DNA of 53,321 nt from Pseudomonadales bacterium (lineage in GTDB: Bacteria; Pseudomonadota; Gammaproteobacteria; Pseudomonadales; Azotimanducaceae): contig JAGRIO010000001.1 of NCBI GenBank assembly GCA_020443225.1, positions 1 through 53,321 on the forward strand. Reading direction: 5' to 3'. Below the pieces are notes generated by a model, which made no database searches, was not told where the DNA came from, and saw only the letters and a program-made list of their open reading frames with translations. The position numbers and the translations under genes are program-made. Shown here piece by piece: positions 16,616-25,498 of the stretch (positions are counted from its first letter, which is position 1; each line of letters begins with the position of its first letter).

Positions 16616-18442
16616 ATGAGTTCCCCTGAATCCACAGAGCAGCGAGCCAAGGGCTCGTCCCTGAAGCCCCTGCGAATGCTGGCACCTTTCATCGCGCCAT
16701 ATAAGGGCACACTGGCGCTTGCCCTGCTCGCGCTGTTTGTGGCTTCGGCCGCGTCACTGGCCATGCCCATGGCGGTGCGCAATGTGATTGATCACGGCTT
16801 CAGTGCAGAGAATGCTGACAAGATTAATCAGTACTTTCTGGTGCTGATGCTGTTTGCGGTCATGATCGGTATCTTCGGCGCTGCCCGGGCTTACTTTGTG
16901 AACTGGCTGGGTGAACGGGTTGTCGCCGATCTGCGGGAACAGGTATTCCGTCACGTTCTGCGCATGGACCCTGCTTTCTTTGAAGTGACCCGCATCGGTG
17001 AAGTGCTGTCACGGCTGACGGCAGATACCACGCTCATTCAGTCAATTTCCGGGGTTGGTATCTCCATTGTCCTGCGCTCTTCGATTCAGTTTGTGGGCGC
17101 GCTGGCATTGCTGGCCTACACCAACCTGCAACTGGCGGGCATTCTGCTCATCCTGCTGCCGGCCATCTTTGTACCGGTACTGCTCATCGGCCGCTGGGTC
17201 AGACGCCTTTCCCGTGCTTCTCAGGACCGGGTAGCCGACACCAGCAGCCAGGGAGAAGAAGTGCTGAATGCGGTGCAGACGGTGCAGGCCTTTGTGAATG
17301 AAGACCGTGAGGCAGATCGTTTTAAAGTTACCGTAGAGCGTAGCTTTACCACGGCAATACTGCGCACCAGGGTGCGGGCGCTGTTCACCACGGTGGCATC
17401 AACGAGTGTATTTGGTGCGCTGATTTTCGTCTTGTGGCTCGGAGCCAGAGATGTGCTGGCGGGCGAGATTACTGGCGGTGAACTCGGGCAGTTTGTGCTC
17501 TACGCAATATTCGTTGGTGTCGCGGCTGCGGCACTGAGTGAAATATGGGGCGAAATGCAGCGCGCAGCCGGCGCGATGGAAAGGTTGTCAGAACTGTTGC
17601 TGGTAGAGCCTCAGATCGCAGCACCCTCGCAGCCGGTGCCCCTGCCGGAGCCCTGTGAAGGCGCAGTCAGTTTTAACGCTTTGGGTTTCAGTTATCCTTC
17701 AAGGCCAATGGTGCAGGCCGTGCATGATTTCAGTCTGCAGGTCAGGGCCGGTGAACATGTCGCACTTGTCGGTCCATCAGGGGCTGGTAAGAGTACGATT
17801 TTCCAGCTGCTGTTGCGGTTCTATAACCTTCAGACGGGTCAGATCCTGCTCGATGGTGTTGATATTGCGAGCGCTGATCCGCAGGCGGTCAGGGCGAGAG
17901 TCGGCATCGTACCTCAGGACACGATTATCTTCGGTGCCAGTGCTGCAGACAATATTCGCTTTGGCCGGCCCGATGCCAGCGATGAAGAAGTCAGGGCTGC
18001 GGCCGTTGCTGCCTCAGCCCATGAGTTCATTGATCGGTTGCCAGAAGGCTATGACACCTATCTGGGCGAGAAAGGTACACGGCTTTCAGGTGGCCAGAAG
18101 CAGCGTATCGCCATTGCCAGAGCGATTCTGAAAGATCCTCCGGTATTATTGCTGGATGAAGCAACCAGTGCCCTTGACGCAGAGAGTGAGCGCCTGGTTC
18201 AGCAGGCACTGGACAAGTTGCAAACCGGCAGAACAACCATAGTGATTGCCCACCGCCTGTCGACGGTTCAGGAAGCTGATCGCATTGTGGTGATGGAAGA
18301 AGGGGCCATTCGCGACATGGGTACCCATCAGGAACTGCTGAGTCGTGATGCGGTGTATCAGCGGATGGTGAAACTGCAGTTTGGTGAGTCCGGCCCGGTG
18401 TCATCCGCTGTGGATGAACTGGCCGGACAGTACTCAGATTGA
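16616..18442 (+). CDS. ABC exporter, fused permease and ATPase (ABCB/MsbA-like half transporter)
   Basis: 608 aa. It has a 6-TM N-terminal domain. NBD motifs: Walker A GPSGAGKST, signature LSGGQKQRIAIARA, Walker B LLLDEATSALD. Confidence 0.9.
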   Translation: MSSPESTEQRAKGSSLKPLRMLAPFIAPYKGTLALALLALFVASAASLAMPMAVRNVIDHGFSAENADKINQYFLVLMLFAVMIGIFGAARAYFVNWLGERVVADLREQVFRHVLRMDPAFFEVTRIGEVLSRLTADTTLIQSISGVGISIVLRSSIQFVGALALLAYTNLQLAGILLILLPAIFVPVLLIGRWVRRLSRASQDRVADTSSQGEEVLNAVQTVQAFVNEDREADRFKVTVERSFTTAILRTRVRALFTTVASTSVFGALIFVLWLGARDVLAGEITGGELGQFVLYAIFVGVAAAALSEIWGEMQRAAGAMERLSELLLVEPQIAAPSQPVPLPEPCEGAVSFNALGFSYPSRPMVQAVHDFSLQVRAGEHVALVGPSGAGKSTIFQLLLRFYNLQTGQILLDGVDIASADPQAVRARVGIVPQDTIIFGASAADNIRFGRPDASDEEVRAAAVAASAHEFIDRLPEGYDTYLGEKGTRLSGGQKQRIAIARAILKDPPVLLLDEATSALDAESERLVQQALDKLQTGRTTIVIAHRLSTVQEADRIVVMEEGAIRDMGTHQELLSRDAVYQRMVKLQFGESGPVSSAVDELAGQYSD

Positions 18443-21400
18443 TTCACTTTCGGGTTCGCGGCGCTTTTTAAAGTCCTCCAGAATCAGATACATGGAAGGC
18501 ACCACCAGCAGTGTCACGACAGTGGCAAACAGTACCCCAAAGGCCAGCGACACCGCCATGGGTACCAGAAACTGCGCCTGCACGCTGCGATTGAACATCA
18601 GCGGTGCCAGACCGGCGAAGGTCGTCAGTGAGGTCAGCAGGATTGGCCGGGCCCGGCTGACGGCCGCATGCATCACCGCCTGATACATGTGTTCGCCTTT
18701 TTCGCGCCGTTCGTTGACGTTATGTACCAGCACCAGACTGGAGTTAATTACCACACCTGATGCCGCGATGAAGCCCATCACTGACATCATTGCCAGACCC
18801 GAAACCATGCCTGCCAGTTTCATGATCTGATGGCCCCAGATGGCACCTACAAAGGCAAAAGGAATTACGCTCATAATGATCAGCGGCTGGCTGTAGGAAC
18901 GCAGGGGAATGGCGAGCAAGGCAAAGATAACGAACAACGCAATGCCGAAGGTCGGCACCAGTGACGCTACTGCATCGCCCTGTTCCCGTTGTTCACCTTC
19001 CAGGCTGTAGCTGACCCGCGGATAATCCTGCATGATTTCCTGGATGGCACCGGCCCGCAGATCTGACAGTACCTCATTGGCCGTAATCTGGGTGCGGTCG
19101 ACATCGGCGATGACATTGACAACCCGCTGGCGATTTGTGCGGCGAATAGAAGAAAAGCCCCGCCCCAGCTCGGCGTCTGCCACGGTTCTGAACGGAACCT
19201 CGGCGCCGGCGGGTGTGCGGATGTGCATGTCATCCAGCGTGCTCAGGCTATGGCGTTCATCCTGGGTGTAACGGACCATAACGCGGACGTCATCGCGTCC
19301 CCGCTGCACCCGCTGAGCTTCCTCACCATAAAATGCCTGACGTACCTGACGGGCGAGGCTGGCCAGGTTCAGTCCCAGCGCTTCCCCTTCGGGCTCGATA
19401 TCCAGTTTCAGTTCCTGTTTACCTGAACGGAAGGAGTCTGTGATATCAATGACACCTGGATACTCAGCCAGTTTTTCGCGAATACGACTTGCCACTTCCC
19501 GCAGCTCTTCCACGTTGTTGCCCGCCAGTTGTATATCGATGGCATTACCGACAGTGAACAGTGAGGTATTGAACTTGAGTTCCAGCGCATCCGGAATCTG
19601 GCCTGACTTTTCGCGCCAGCGGTTGGCCACTTCGCGGGTGGAAATGGTTCGGGTTTCACTGGGTACCAGTTGCAGCGTCACCTCGCCAAGATTGCTACTG
19701 GCGACGGTGCCGGAGCTTGCGGCTGGGCCAGTACCTGTACCGGAACTCGGCTGACTGCCAATGGCAGAGAGGATATGGGTGACGGGCGGCAGGTCGGGAT
19801 ATTCACTGATCAGCTCTCGCTGGATTTCCTGCGCGGTCTGTTCCAGATGAATCACGGCTTCCCGGGTGATCGCTTCGCTGGTGCCGAGCGGCATGACGAC
19901 GGAGGCAATGACCTGATCGGATTCCAGTGGCGGAAAGAACGAGAAGGGAAGCCGACCACTGGCGGCGATACCGATGGCGGACAACAGGGCTGCAAAAGCC
20001 AGTGCAACGGTAATGTATCTGGCTTCACCTGCGGCGCGTACCACGTCGATAAACTGATGGTGAATTATGTACTCGAGCTTGTCTGAAAATTTTTGCTGGA
20101 GCTCAATCAGCTTGCTGGCAATGGGGCTGGACCAGCCGGCAGTATGGCAAGCCAGCATGATGGCGGCAGTGGCAATGGCCAGGGCAATATAGCTGCGTAC
20201 ATCCCAGGCGAACTCCAGCAGCACAATGCCAATCACCGGTATCAGCAGCAGCCCAATTTCACCCTGGGGTGACTTCACGCTGCTGTGCCCCAGATGGCTG
20301 GGCAGCACCAGTTGTGACTCGATCAGCGAAAAGGTCAGGCAGCACATAACCACGGTGGAAATGACGCCGAAGATCTGACCGAAAGTACCAGGTGCCAGTA
20401 GTAATGGCATGAAGGCAGCAAAGGTTGTCAGCACACCGAAGATGACTGGCGTCGAAACCTGCTGTGCACCCAGAATGGCGCCCTGAATATGGCTGTGATC
20501 CCGGGTTTGCGTCGTATGAATGTTTTCACCCACCACGATTGCATCGTCTACCAGAATACCTAACACCAGGATAAAGCCGAACAGTGAGATAGCATCTATA
20601 GATAATCCCAGGACAAAGGTGGCGAATATGGCACCAAGAAACGCCACTGGTACACCGACGCTGACCCAGAATGCCAGTCTTGGCTGCAGAAACAGGGCCA
20701 GCAGAATCAGTACCATCAGAAAGCCCTGCCGGGCTGAACCCAGCAGGGTATCAAGGCGGTCCCGCAGCAGTTTGGAGTTGTCATTCCAGATAGTGAGCTT
20801 CACCCCTTCTGGCAGCCGTGCCGGAGCAGATTCCAGATATTTGTTGACCTCGCTGGTGATGTCGAGAATGTCCTGATTGCCGACTCTGGCAACTTTGACC
20901 AGTGCTGCAGGTTTGCCATCGAAGCGCAGCGCCTGGTCCGTGTCCTCAAAGCCATCAATAACCTGTGCCACGTCGCGCAGAGAGACCCGTGTGCCATCTG
21001 CACGGGTGCGCAGCACCAGGTTGCGGAAGTCATCCCCCCAGTAAGCCTGTCCCTTGGTGCGCAGCAGCACTTCGCCACCATCGGTTTTGATGGAGCCGCC
21101 AGGCAGGTCGAGGGAACCGGTTCTGACGGCACGGGCGACCTCATCGAAGGTCAGTCCGTTGCGGCGCAGGCTCTCTTCAGATACTTCAACAGAAATCTCG
21201 TAGGGCCGGGTACTTGCCAGCGTGACCTGGGTGATGTTTGGCAGGGCGGCGATATCATCACGAATCTGCTGACCAAGTTCTTTAAGGGTGCGCTCATCTT
21301 CAGGGCCGGTAATAGCGATATCTACTACCGAACGAATGATAGTCACGAGGTTGATGATGGGCTTTTCAGTTTCCACCGGGAAAGTGGAAATGGCATCGAC

Positions 21401-21736
21401 CCGGTTTTTGATATCTCCCAGTGCCCTGCCGGAATCTGTGTCTTCAAACAGTTCAACTCCAACGGTGCAGACACCTTCATTGGCAACAGAATTGATCTCC
21501 TTTATGCCTTCAATCCCTTCAATTTCCTCTTCGATGCGAATACAGACACCGGCCTCGACTTCTTCCGGCGCGGCGCCGAGATAGGGAACGGTGATGGTAA
21601 CGACCGCGACATCCAGGTCGGGAAAGGATTTCAGTGGCATGCGTACCACGGCAGATAGTCCCGCCAGTACGACCAGCCAAAGCAGCAGGTTGGCCGCAAC
21701 ATTGTTCTGGGCAAACCAGGCTATCGGCCCCTTCAT
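18434..21736 (-). CDS. RND efflux transporter permease subunit (AcrB-family), 1100 aa
   Basis: It has ACR_tran-type architecture. It overlaps the adaptor gene by 4 nt (ATGA). It contains a Gly/Ser/Thr-rich insertion (GSQPSSGTGTGPAASSGTVASS). Confidence 0.9.
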   Translation of the reverse strand: MKGPIAWFAQNNVAANLLLWLVVLAGLSAVVRMPLKSFPDLDVAVVTITVPYLGAAPEEVEAGVCIRIEEEIEGIEGIKEINSVANEGVCTVGVELFEDTDSGRALGDIKNRVDAISTFPVETEKPIINLVTIIRSVVDIAITGPEDERTLKELGQQIRDDIAALPNITQVTLASTRPYEISVEVSEESLRRNGLTFDEVARAVRTGSLDLPGGSIKTDGGEVLLRTKGQAYWGDDFRNLVLRTRADGTRVSLRDVAQVIDGFEDTDQALRFDGKPAALVKVARVGNQDILDITSEVNKYLESAPARLPEGVKLTIWNDNSKLLRDRLDTLLGSARQGFLMVLILLALFLQPRLAFWVSVGVPVAFLGAIFATFVLGLSIDAISLFGFILVLGILVDDAIVVGENIHTTQTRDHSHIQGAILGAQQVSTPVIFGVLTTFAAFMPLLLAPGTFGQIFGVISTVVMCCLTFSLIESQLVLPSHLGHSSVKSPQGEIGLLLIPVIGIVLLEFAWDVRSYIALAIATAAIMLACHTAGWSSPIASKLIELQQKFSDKLEYIIHHQFIDVVRAAGEARYITVALAFAALLSAIGIAASGRLPFSFFPPLESDQVIASVVMPLGTSEAITREAVIHLEQTAQEIQRELISEYPDLPPVTHILSAIGSQPSSGTGTGPAASSGTVASSNLGEVTLQLVPSETRTISTREVANRWREKSGQIPDALELKFNTSLFTVGNAIDIQLAGNNVEELREVASRIREKLAEYPGVIDITDSFRSGKQELKLDIEPEGEALGLNLASLARQVRQAFYGEEAQRVQRGRDDVRVMVRYTQDERHSLSTLDDMHIRTPAGAEVPFRTVADAELGRGFSSIRRTNRQRVVNVIADVDRTQITANEVLSDLRAGAIQEIMQDYPRVSYSLEGEQREQGDAVASLVPTFGIALFVIFALLAIPLRSYSQPLIIMSVIPFAFVGAIWGHQIMKLAGMVSGLAMMSVMGFIAASGVVINSSLVLVHNVNERREKGEHMYQAVMHAAVSRARPILLTSLTTFAGLAPLMFNRSVQAQFLVPMAVSLAFGVLFATVVTLLVVPSMYLILEDFKKRREPESESI

Positions 21737-22890
21737 TGTGCCTGCCCCTCAGCGACGCCGGGTACAGGTCGTACCGGCATGCCATCAATCACATTGTCTA
21801 TCGGTGACAGGCAAACCTGATCGCCGCGGTTAAGTCCGGAACGGATGTAGGCTGTTTCACCCTCTACCCGCAGGACTTCAACCGGTCTGAAGCGCAGGCG
21901 TTGCTGCTGATCCACGATCAGTACCTGGCTGCCCCGCAGGGTAGGTCTTGGCAGTGCCACAATGTCATCGAAGCGGTGGCCGGTGATGCTGGCACTGACA
22001 AACATGCCGACGGCCAGGGGTGGCTGACCCGCCTGGCTGCTATAGGGGGCGTCGACTCTGGCAATCAGGTTCAGCATGCGGGTTTGCGGGTCCAGTTCCC
22101 CTTCGGTGCGAACGATATAGCCCTGCCAATGTGCCCTTTCACCGCCAAAGTCTGCTGACAATGTGACCGGAATGCCGGTATTGCCTGCCTGCCCGGAACC
22201 CAGGTCCAGATCCAGAAACGCCAGCTCTTCATCGTGAACTGGCAGGCTTACTTCGGCGTAGTCAGTGGCATAGAGTGAGGCGATAGCAACCCCACGACTG
22301 ACAAACTGCCCGACATCAACCCTTTCACTGCGAACCCGCCCGTCCCAGGGTGCATAGATACTGGTCCGTTCAAGATCCCGCTCCGCCTTCAGCAGTCGTG
22401 AACGGGACTCCGCAAGGGAAGCCGTGGCGATTTTGAACCGATTCATTGCATCGTCGACCTGAGCATTCGAAGCCAGTTGCTTTTTCTGCAGGTCCAGCAG
22501 CCGCTCATAGTTCTTTTTCGCGTTCTCATGCTCGCTGCCGGCTCTCGCAAGCCCGGCTCTGGCCTGATCAACTGCGCTCTGATAATCCAGTTTTTCGATA
22601 CTGAGCAGCAGCTGCCCCTTGCTGAAGAAGCCACCGCTGACCATTGCATCAGAAACTGCAGTGACCCGACCAGAAACTTCGGGCACCAGTTCCGTTTCTG
22701 TACGGGGTTTAACCGTGCCATGAGCGCTGACAGTCATTGTGACGGTTTCCGGTTGCACCTGCTGAGTGCGTACTGCCGGGGCCAGTTGCTCTGGTGCGCG
22801 GGGTTCAAGCCGGGGCCCTGTTGCGATCAGCAGTGCGGCGATGCCGAAGCCAGCGACCACGATCAGCAGTGGCATGACGATTTTTTTCAT
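21733..22890 (-). CDS. RND efflux periplasmic adaptor (membrane fusion protein)
   Basis: 385 aa with an N-terminal TM/signal anchor, coiled-coil and beta-barrel segments. It has 4-nt overlaps with both tetR (upstream) and the RND gene (downstream). Confidence 0.85.
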   Translation of the reverse strand: MKKIVMPLLIVVAGFGIAALLIATGPRLEPRAPEQLAPAVRTQQVQPETVTMTVSAHGTVKPRTETELVPEVSGRVTAVSDAMVSGGFFSKGQLLLSIEKLDYQSAVDQARAGLARAGSEHENAKKNYERLLDLQKKQLASNAQVDDAMNRFKIATASLAESRSRLLKAERDLERTSIYAPWDGRVRSERVDVGQFVSRGVAIASLYATDYAEVSLPVHDEELAFLDLDLGSGQAGNTGIPVTLSADFGGERAHWQGYIVRTEGELDPQTRMLNLIARVDAPYSSQAGQPPLAVGMFVSASITGHRFDDIVALPRPTLRGSQVLIVDQQQRLRFRPVEVLRVEGETAYIRSGLNRGDQVCLSPIDNVIDGMPVRPVPGVAEGQAQ

Positions 22891-23492
22891 GACGGTGTCT
22901 CCAGTAATTTCATGCCCTGAGAGCAGAAGGCCATCAGTTGCTGCATTTTCTGTTGGTGTGACATCCCTGTGATGCCTGTAAATACAATAGGGCCTGCGTG
23001 CATAACCTGAAGCATGACGCCGAGACTCATATTCAGCTGAAACGCAATCTTCGCCTTTGCGACCCCTGGCATTACCTGTTGCAACGCGCTGATGAAGCGA
23101 TTGACGATGTCGCCGAATTCCTGTTCCAGAATCGGACCTACCAGTGCGGGTGGCTCGGCATGAATTCTGGCAATCAGGCGCTGCAGTTCAGGCTGAGTCT
23201 TACCCGGCAGAATGGGGGCAAAGAAAGCTTCAAGAATGCCCTCAACTGAGGCGCCGGTTTCACTGTTCAGCAGGGCTTCCAGTCTGGACAGTCGGGAGCT
23301 GTTGATGCTGGCCATGCGACGATGGACCGTAGCAGCAAACAGGCCTTCCTTCGACCCAAAGTGATAGTTGATAGCAGCGAGGTTGACACCGGCTTTCTCG
23401 GTGATGGCACGCATGGAAGTACCTGCATAGCCGAATTCGATAAACAGCGATTCGGCAGCATCGAGAATACGATTCTGGGTGGAGTCTTCCAT
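22887..23492 (-). CDS. TetR/AcrR family transcriptional regulator
   Basis: 201 aa with an N-terminal HTH: RILDAAESLFIEFGYAGTSMRAITEKAGVNLAAINYHFGSKEGL. It is the first gene of the tetR-MFP-RND operon. Confidence 0.9.
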   Translation of the reverse strand: MEDSTQNRILDAAESLFIEFGYAGTSMRAITEKAGVNLAAINYHFGSKEGLFAATVHRRMASINSSRLSRLEALLNSETGASVEGILEAFFAPILPGKTQPELQRLIARIHAEPPALVGPILEQEFGDIVNRFISALQQVMPGVAKAKIAFQLNMSLGVMLQVMHAGPIVFTGITGMSHQQKMQQLMAFCSQGMKLLETPS

Positions 23493-23504
23493 AAGAACGG
23501 ACGT

Positions 23505-23522
23505 TTCAAACGAGCGTTTGAA
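23505..23522. promoter_or_regulatory. Perfect inverted repeat TTCAAACG-AG-CGTTTGAA; candidate TetR operator
   Basis: Read directly, 13 nt upstream of the tetR start codon. An additional CGTTTC half-site copy lies immediately adjacent (23502-23507). Confidence 0.5.
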
Positions 23523-23680
23523 TTATAGGGATAAAAGTATGCAGGTCAACGCCAGGAAGACTTACCTGCTTTGTGAGATCACGGGAAAAAATTTTCGCCT
23601 GCCTGGTGGCTTCTGGTGTATCGTTTGCCCCTTTCTCGCAACACCCGCGTTAATGCGGGCGAGGGGTGACAGGAACCACG

Positions 23681-25381
23681 ATGTTCTCTGCGGTCAGAGA
23701 ATCACTGCAAACAGAAACCCGGCCCGACAGTCTGAAAGCAAATCTGCTGTCCGGACTGACGGTTGGGGTCATAGCGCTGCCCCTGTCCATGGCGCTCGCC
23801 ATTGCTGTTGGTGTGCCGCCACAGCATGGCCTTTACACCGCAATCTTTGCCGGCCTTGTGATAGCGCTGACCGGTGGCTCGCGGGTTAATATTTCTGGTC
23901 CTACCGCTGCCTTTGTAGTGGTGCTGTTACCTATCGTTCATGCCTGGGGCATTGGTGGTTTGCTGGTCAGTGGATTTATGGCCGGCGTTATCCTCGTCCT
24001 GATGGGTATGCTGCGGCTGGGCCGGTTTGTCGAAATCGTGCCTTATCCCGTCACCATTGGCTTTACTTCCGGTATCGGAGTCGTCATCGCGACTTTCCAG
24101 ATCACCGATTTTCTGGGACTGACTCCGGGTGAAAGTGGCGGGCATTACCTGGAGAAACTGTCGGCAATTGTGCTGGCACTGCCAACCCTGAACTGGCAGG
24201 AAACCCTGACGGGTGTGGTGACTCTGGCAACATTGGTGTTCTGGTCAAAGCTGCGCTCGCGCATCCCCGGGCATCTGGTCGCGCTGCTGGTGGGGTCTCT
24301 GCTGGCAATGTTGCTGGGTTATCTGCTGGATGATTTTTCTGTCGCGACCATAGGCAGTCGCTTTCACTATGAAATCAATGGCGTGACTGGTAGCGGTATA
24401 CCGCCTTTGTTGCCGGCATTTGAATGGCCCTGGAATCTGCCGGATGCAAATGGTGAGCCGGTTGGTATGAGTTTCGGGCTGGTCAGCATGCTGCTGGCCT
24501 CGGCCATAACGATTGCCATGCTGGGGGCGCTGGAATCATTGTTGTGTGCAGTGGTGGCTGATGGCATGTCAGGCTACAAACACAATCCTGATGATGAGCT
24601 GATCGGGCAGGGTATTGGTAACATGATTGTGCCGCTGTTCGGCGGTATACCTGCCACTGCTGCCATTGCCCGGACGGCTGCGAATATCCGCGCTGGTGCC
24701 ACCTCACCGTTGTCGTCAGCTATTCACGGCCTGTTTATCGTCGCCTCGATTCTGTTCCTGTCACCGTTGCTGGCCTGGATACCGATGGCGTCCATGGCAG
24801 CGCTGCTGTTGATGGTGGCGTGGAATATGAGTGAGGTGAAGCACTTTATCCGCATTGTCAGAATCGCACCAAGGGATGATGTGGCAACCCTGCTTATCTG
24901 CTTTTCTCTTACGGTAGTTTTCGATATGACCATCGCGGTTGCCGTGGGCGTGGGGCTGGCGTCTATGCTGTTTATTCGCCGCAGTATTCAGCTTGTTGAA
25001 TCAAAACGTCATGAATCGGCGCTGTATCAGGATCTGCCCCGGGAGATCGTGGTTTACAACATGGATGGGCCGCTGTTTTTTGGTAGCGCGCAGCAGGCGA
25101 TTAAAGGTATCGCAGATATCATGCCGGAGGTCAGGGCCATCATTCTGGATATGACTGATGTCACCATGCTGGATATTACCGCTATTATCGCGATGGAAGG
25201 GATCACCAAAAAGCTCGCTGATAACAACGTTCGGCTGGTGATCTGTCACCTGCAGCCGCGCATGATTCAGAAGCTGCAGCGGGCAGGTATCGGTGTGAAC
25301 AATGGCCCGATCGTCTTTGTAAACACTGCGGATGAGGCAGTCGACCGGGCCCGTGAGCTGGTCGCTGATGCCACTGTCTGA
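23681..25381 (+). CDS. SulP-family anion (sulfate/bicarbonate) transporter with a C-terminal STAS domain
   Basis: Starts MFSAVRESL.., with an AGGA Shine-Dalgarno 6 nt upstream of the ATG at 23681 (the ORF opens with GTG at 23666). It has the Sulfate_transp core and a STAS segment (GPLFFGSAQQ...ILDMTDVTMLDITA). Confidence 0.9.
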   Translation: MFSAVRESLQTETRPDSLKANLLSGLTVGVIALPLSMALAIAVGVPPQHGLYTAIFAGLVIALTGGSRVNISGPTAAFVVVLLPIVHAWGIGGLLVSGFMAGVILVLMGMLRLGRFVEIVPYPVTIGFTSGIGVVIATFQITDFLGLTPGESGGHYLEKLSAIVLALPTLNWQETLTGVVTLATLVFWSKLRSRIPGHLVALLVGSLLAMLLGYLLDDFSVATIGSRFHYEINGVTGSGIPPLLPAFEWPWNLPDANGEPVGMSFGLVSMLLASAITIAMLGALESLLCAVVADGMSGYKHNPDDELIGQGIGNMIVPLFGGIPATAAIARTAANIRAGATSPLSSAIHGLFIVASILFLSPLLAWIPMASMAALLLMVAWNMSEVKHFIRIVRIAPRDDVATLLICFSLTVVFDMTIAVAVGVGLASMLFIRRSIQLVESKRHESALYQDLPREIVVYNMDGPLFFGSAQQAIKGIADIMPEVRAIILDMTDVTMLDITAIIAMEGITKKLADNNVRLVICHLQPRMIQKLQRAGIGVNNGPIVFVNTADEAVDRARELVADATV

Positions 25382-25498
25382 AAATCTGCTCTGCTCTCGC
25401 CTGGCATATTGTCTGCCTGATCACTCTGAAGGTGTCCTGTTGTAGCGCAGGCTGAAATTGTCTAGTCTGGCTGACATTGACTTTTGATCCTGAACTGA

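Noticed and set aside
19691-19765. A Gly/Ser/Thr-rich low-complexity stretch (AIGSQPSSGTGTGPAASSGTVASSN) lies inside the 1100-aa RND protein.
   Set aside because: It is in frame and flanked by normal RND sequence. It most simply reflects a flexible loop insertion that explains the extra ~50 aa, not a separate feature or a frameshift.
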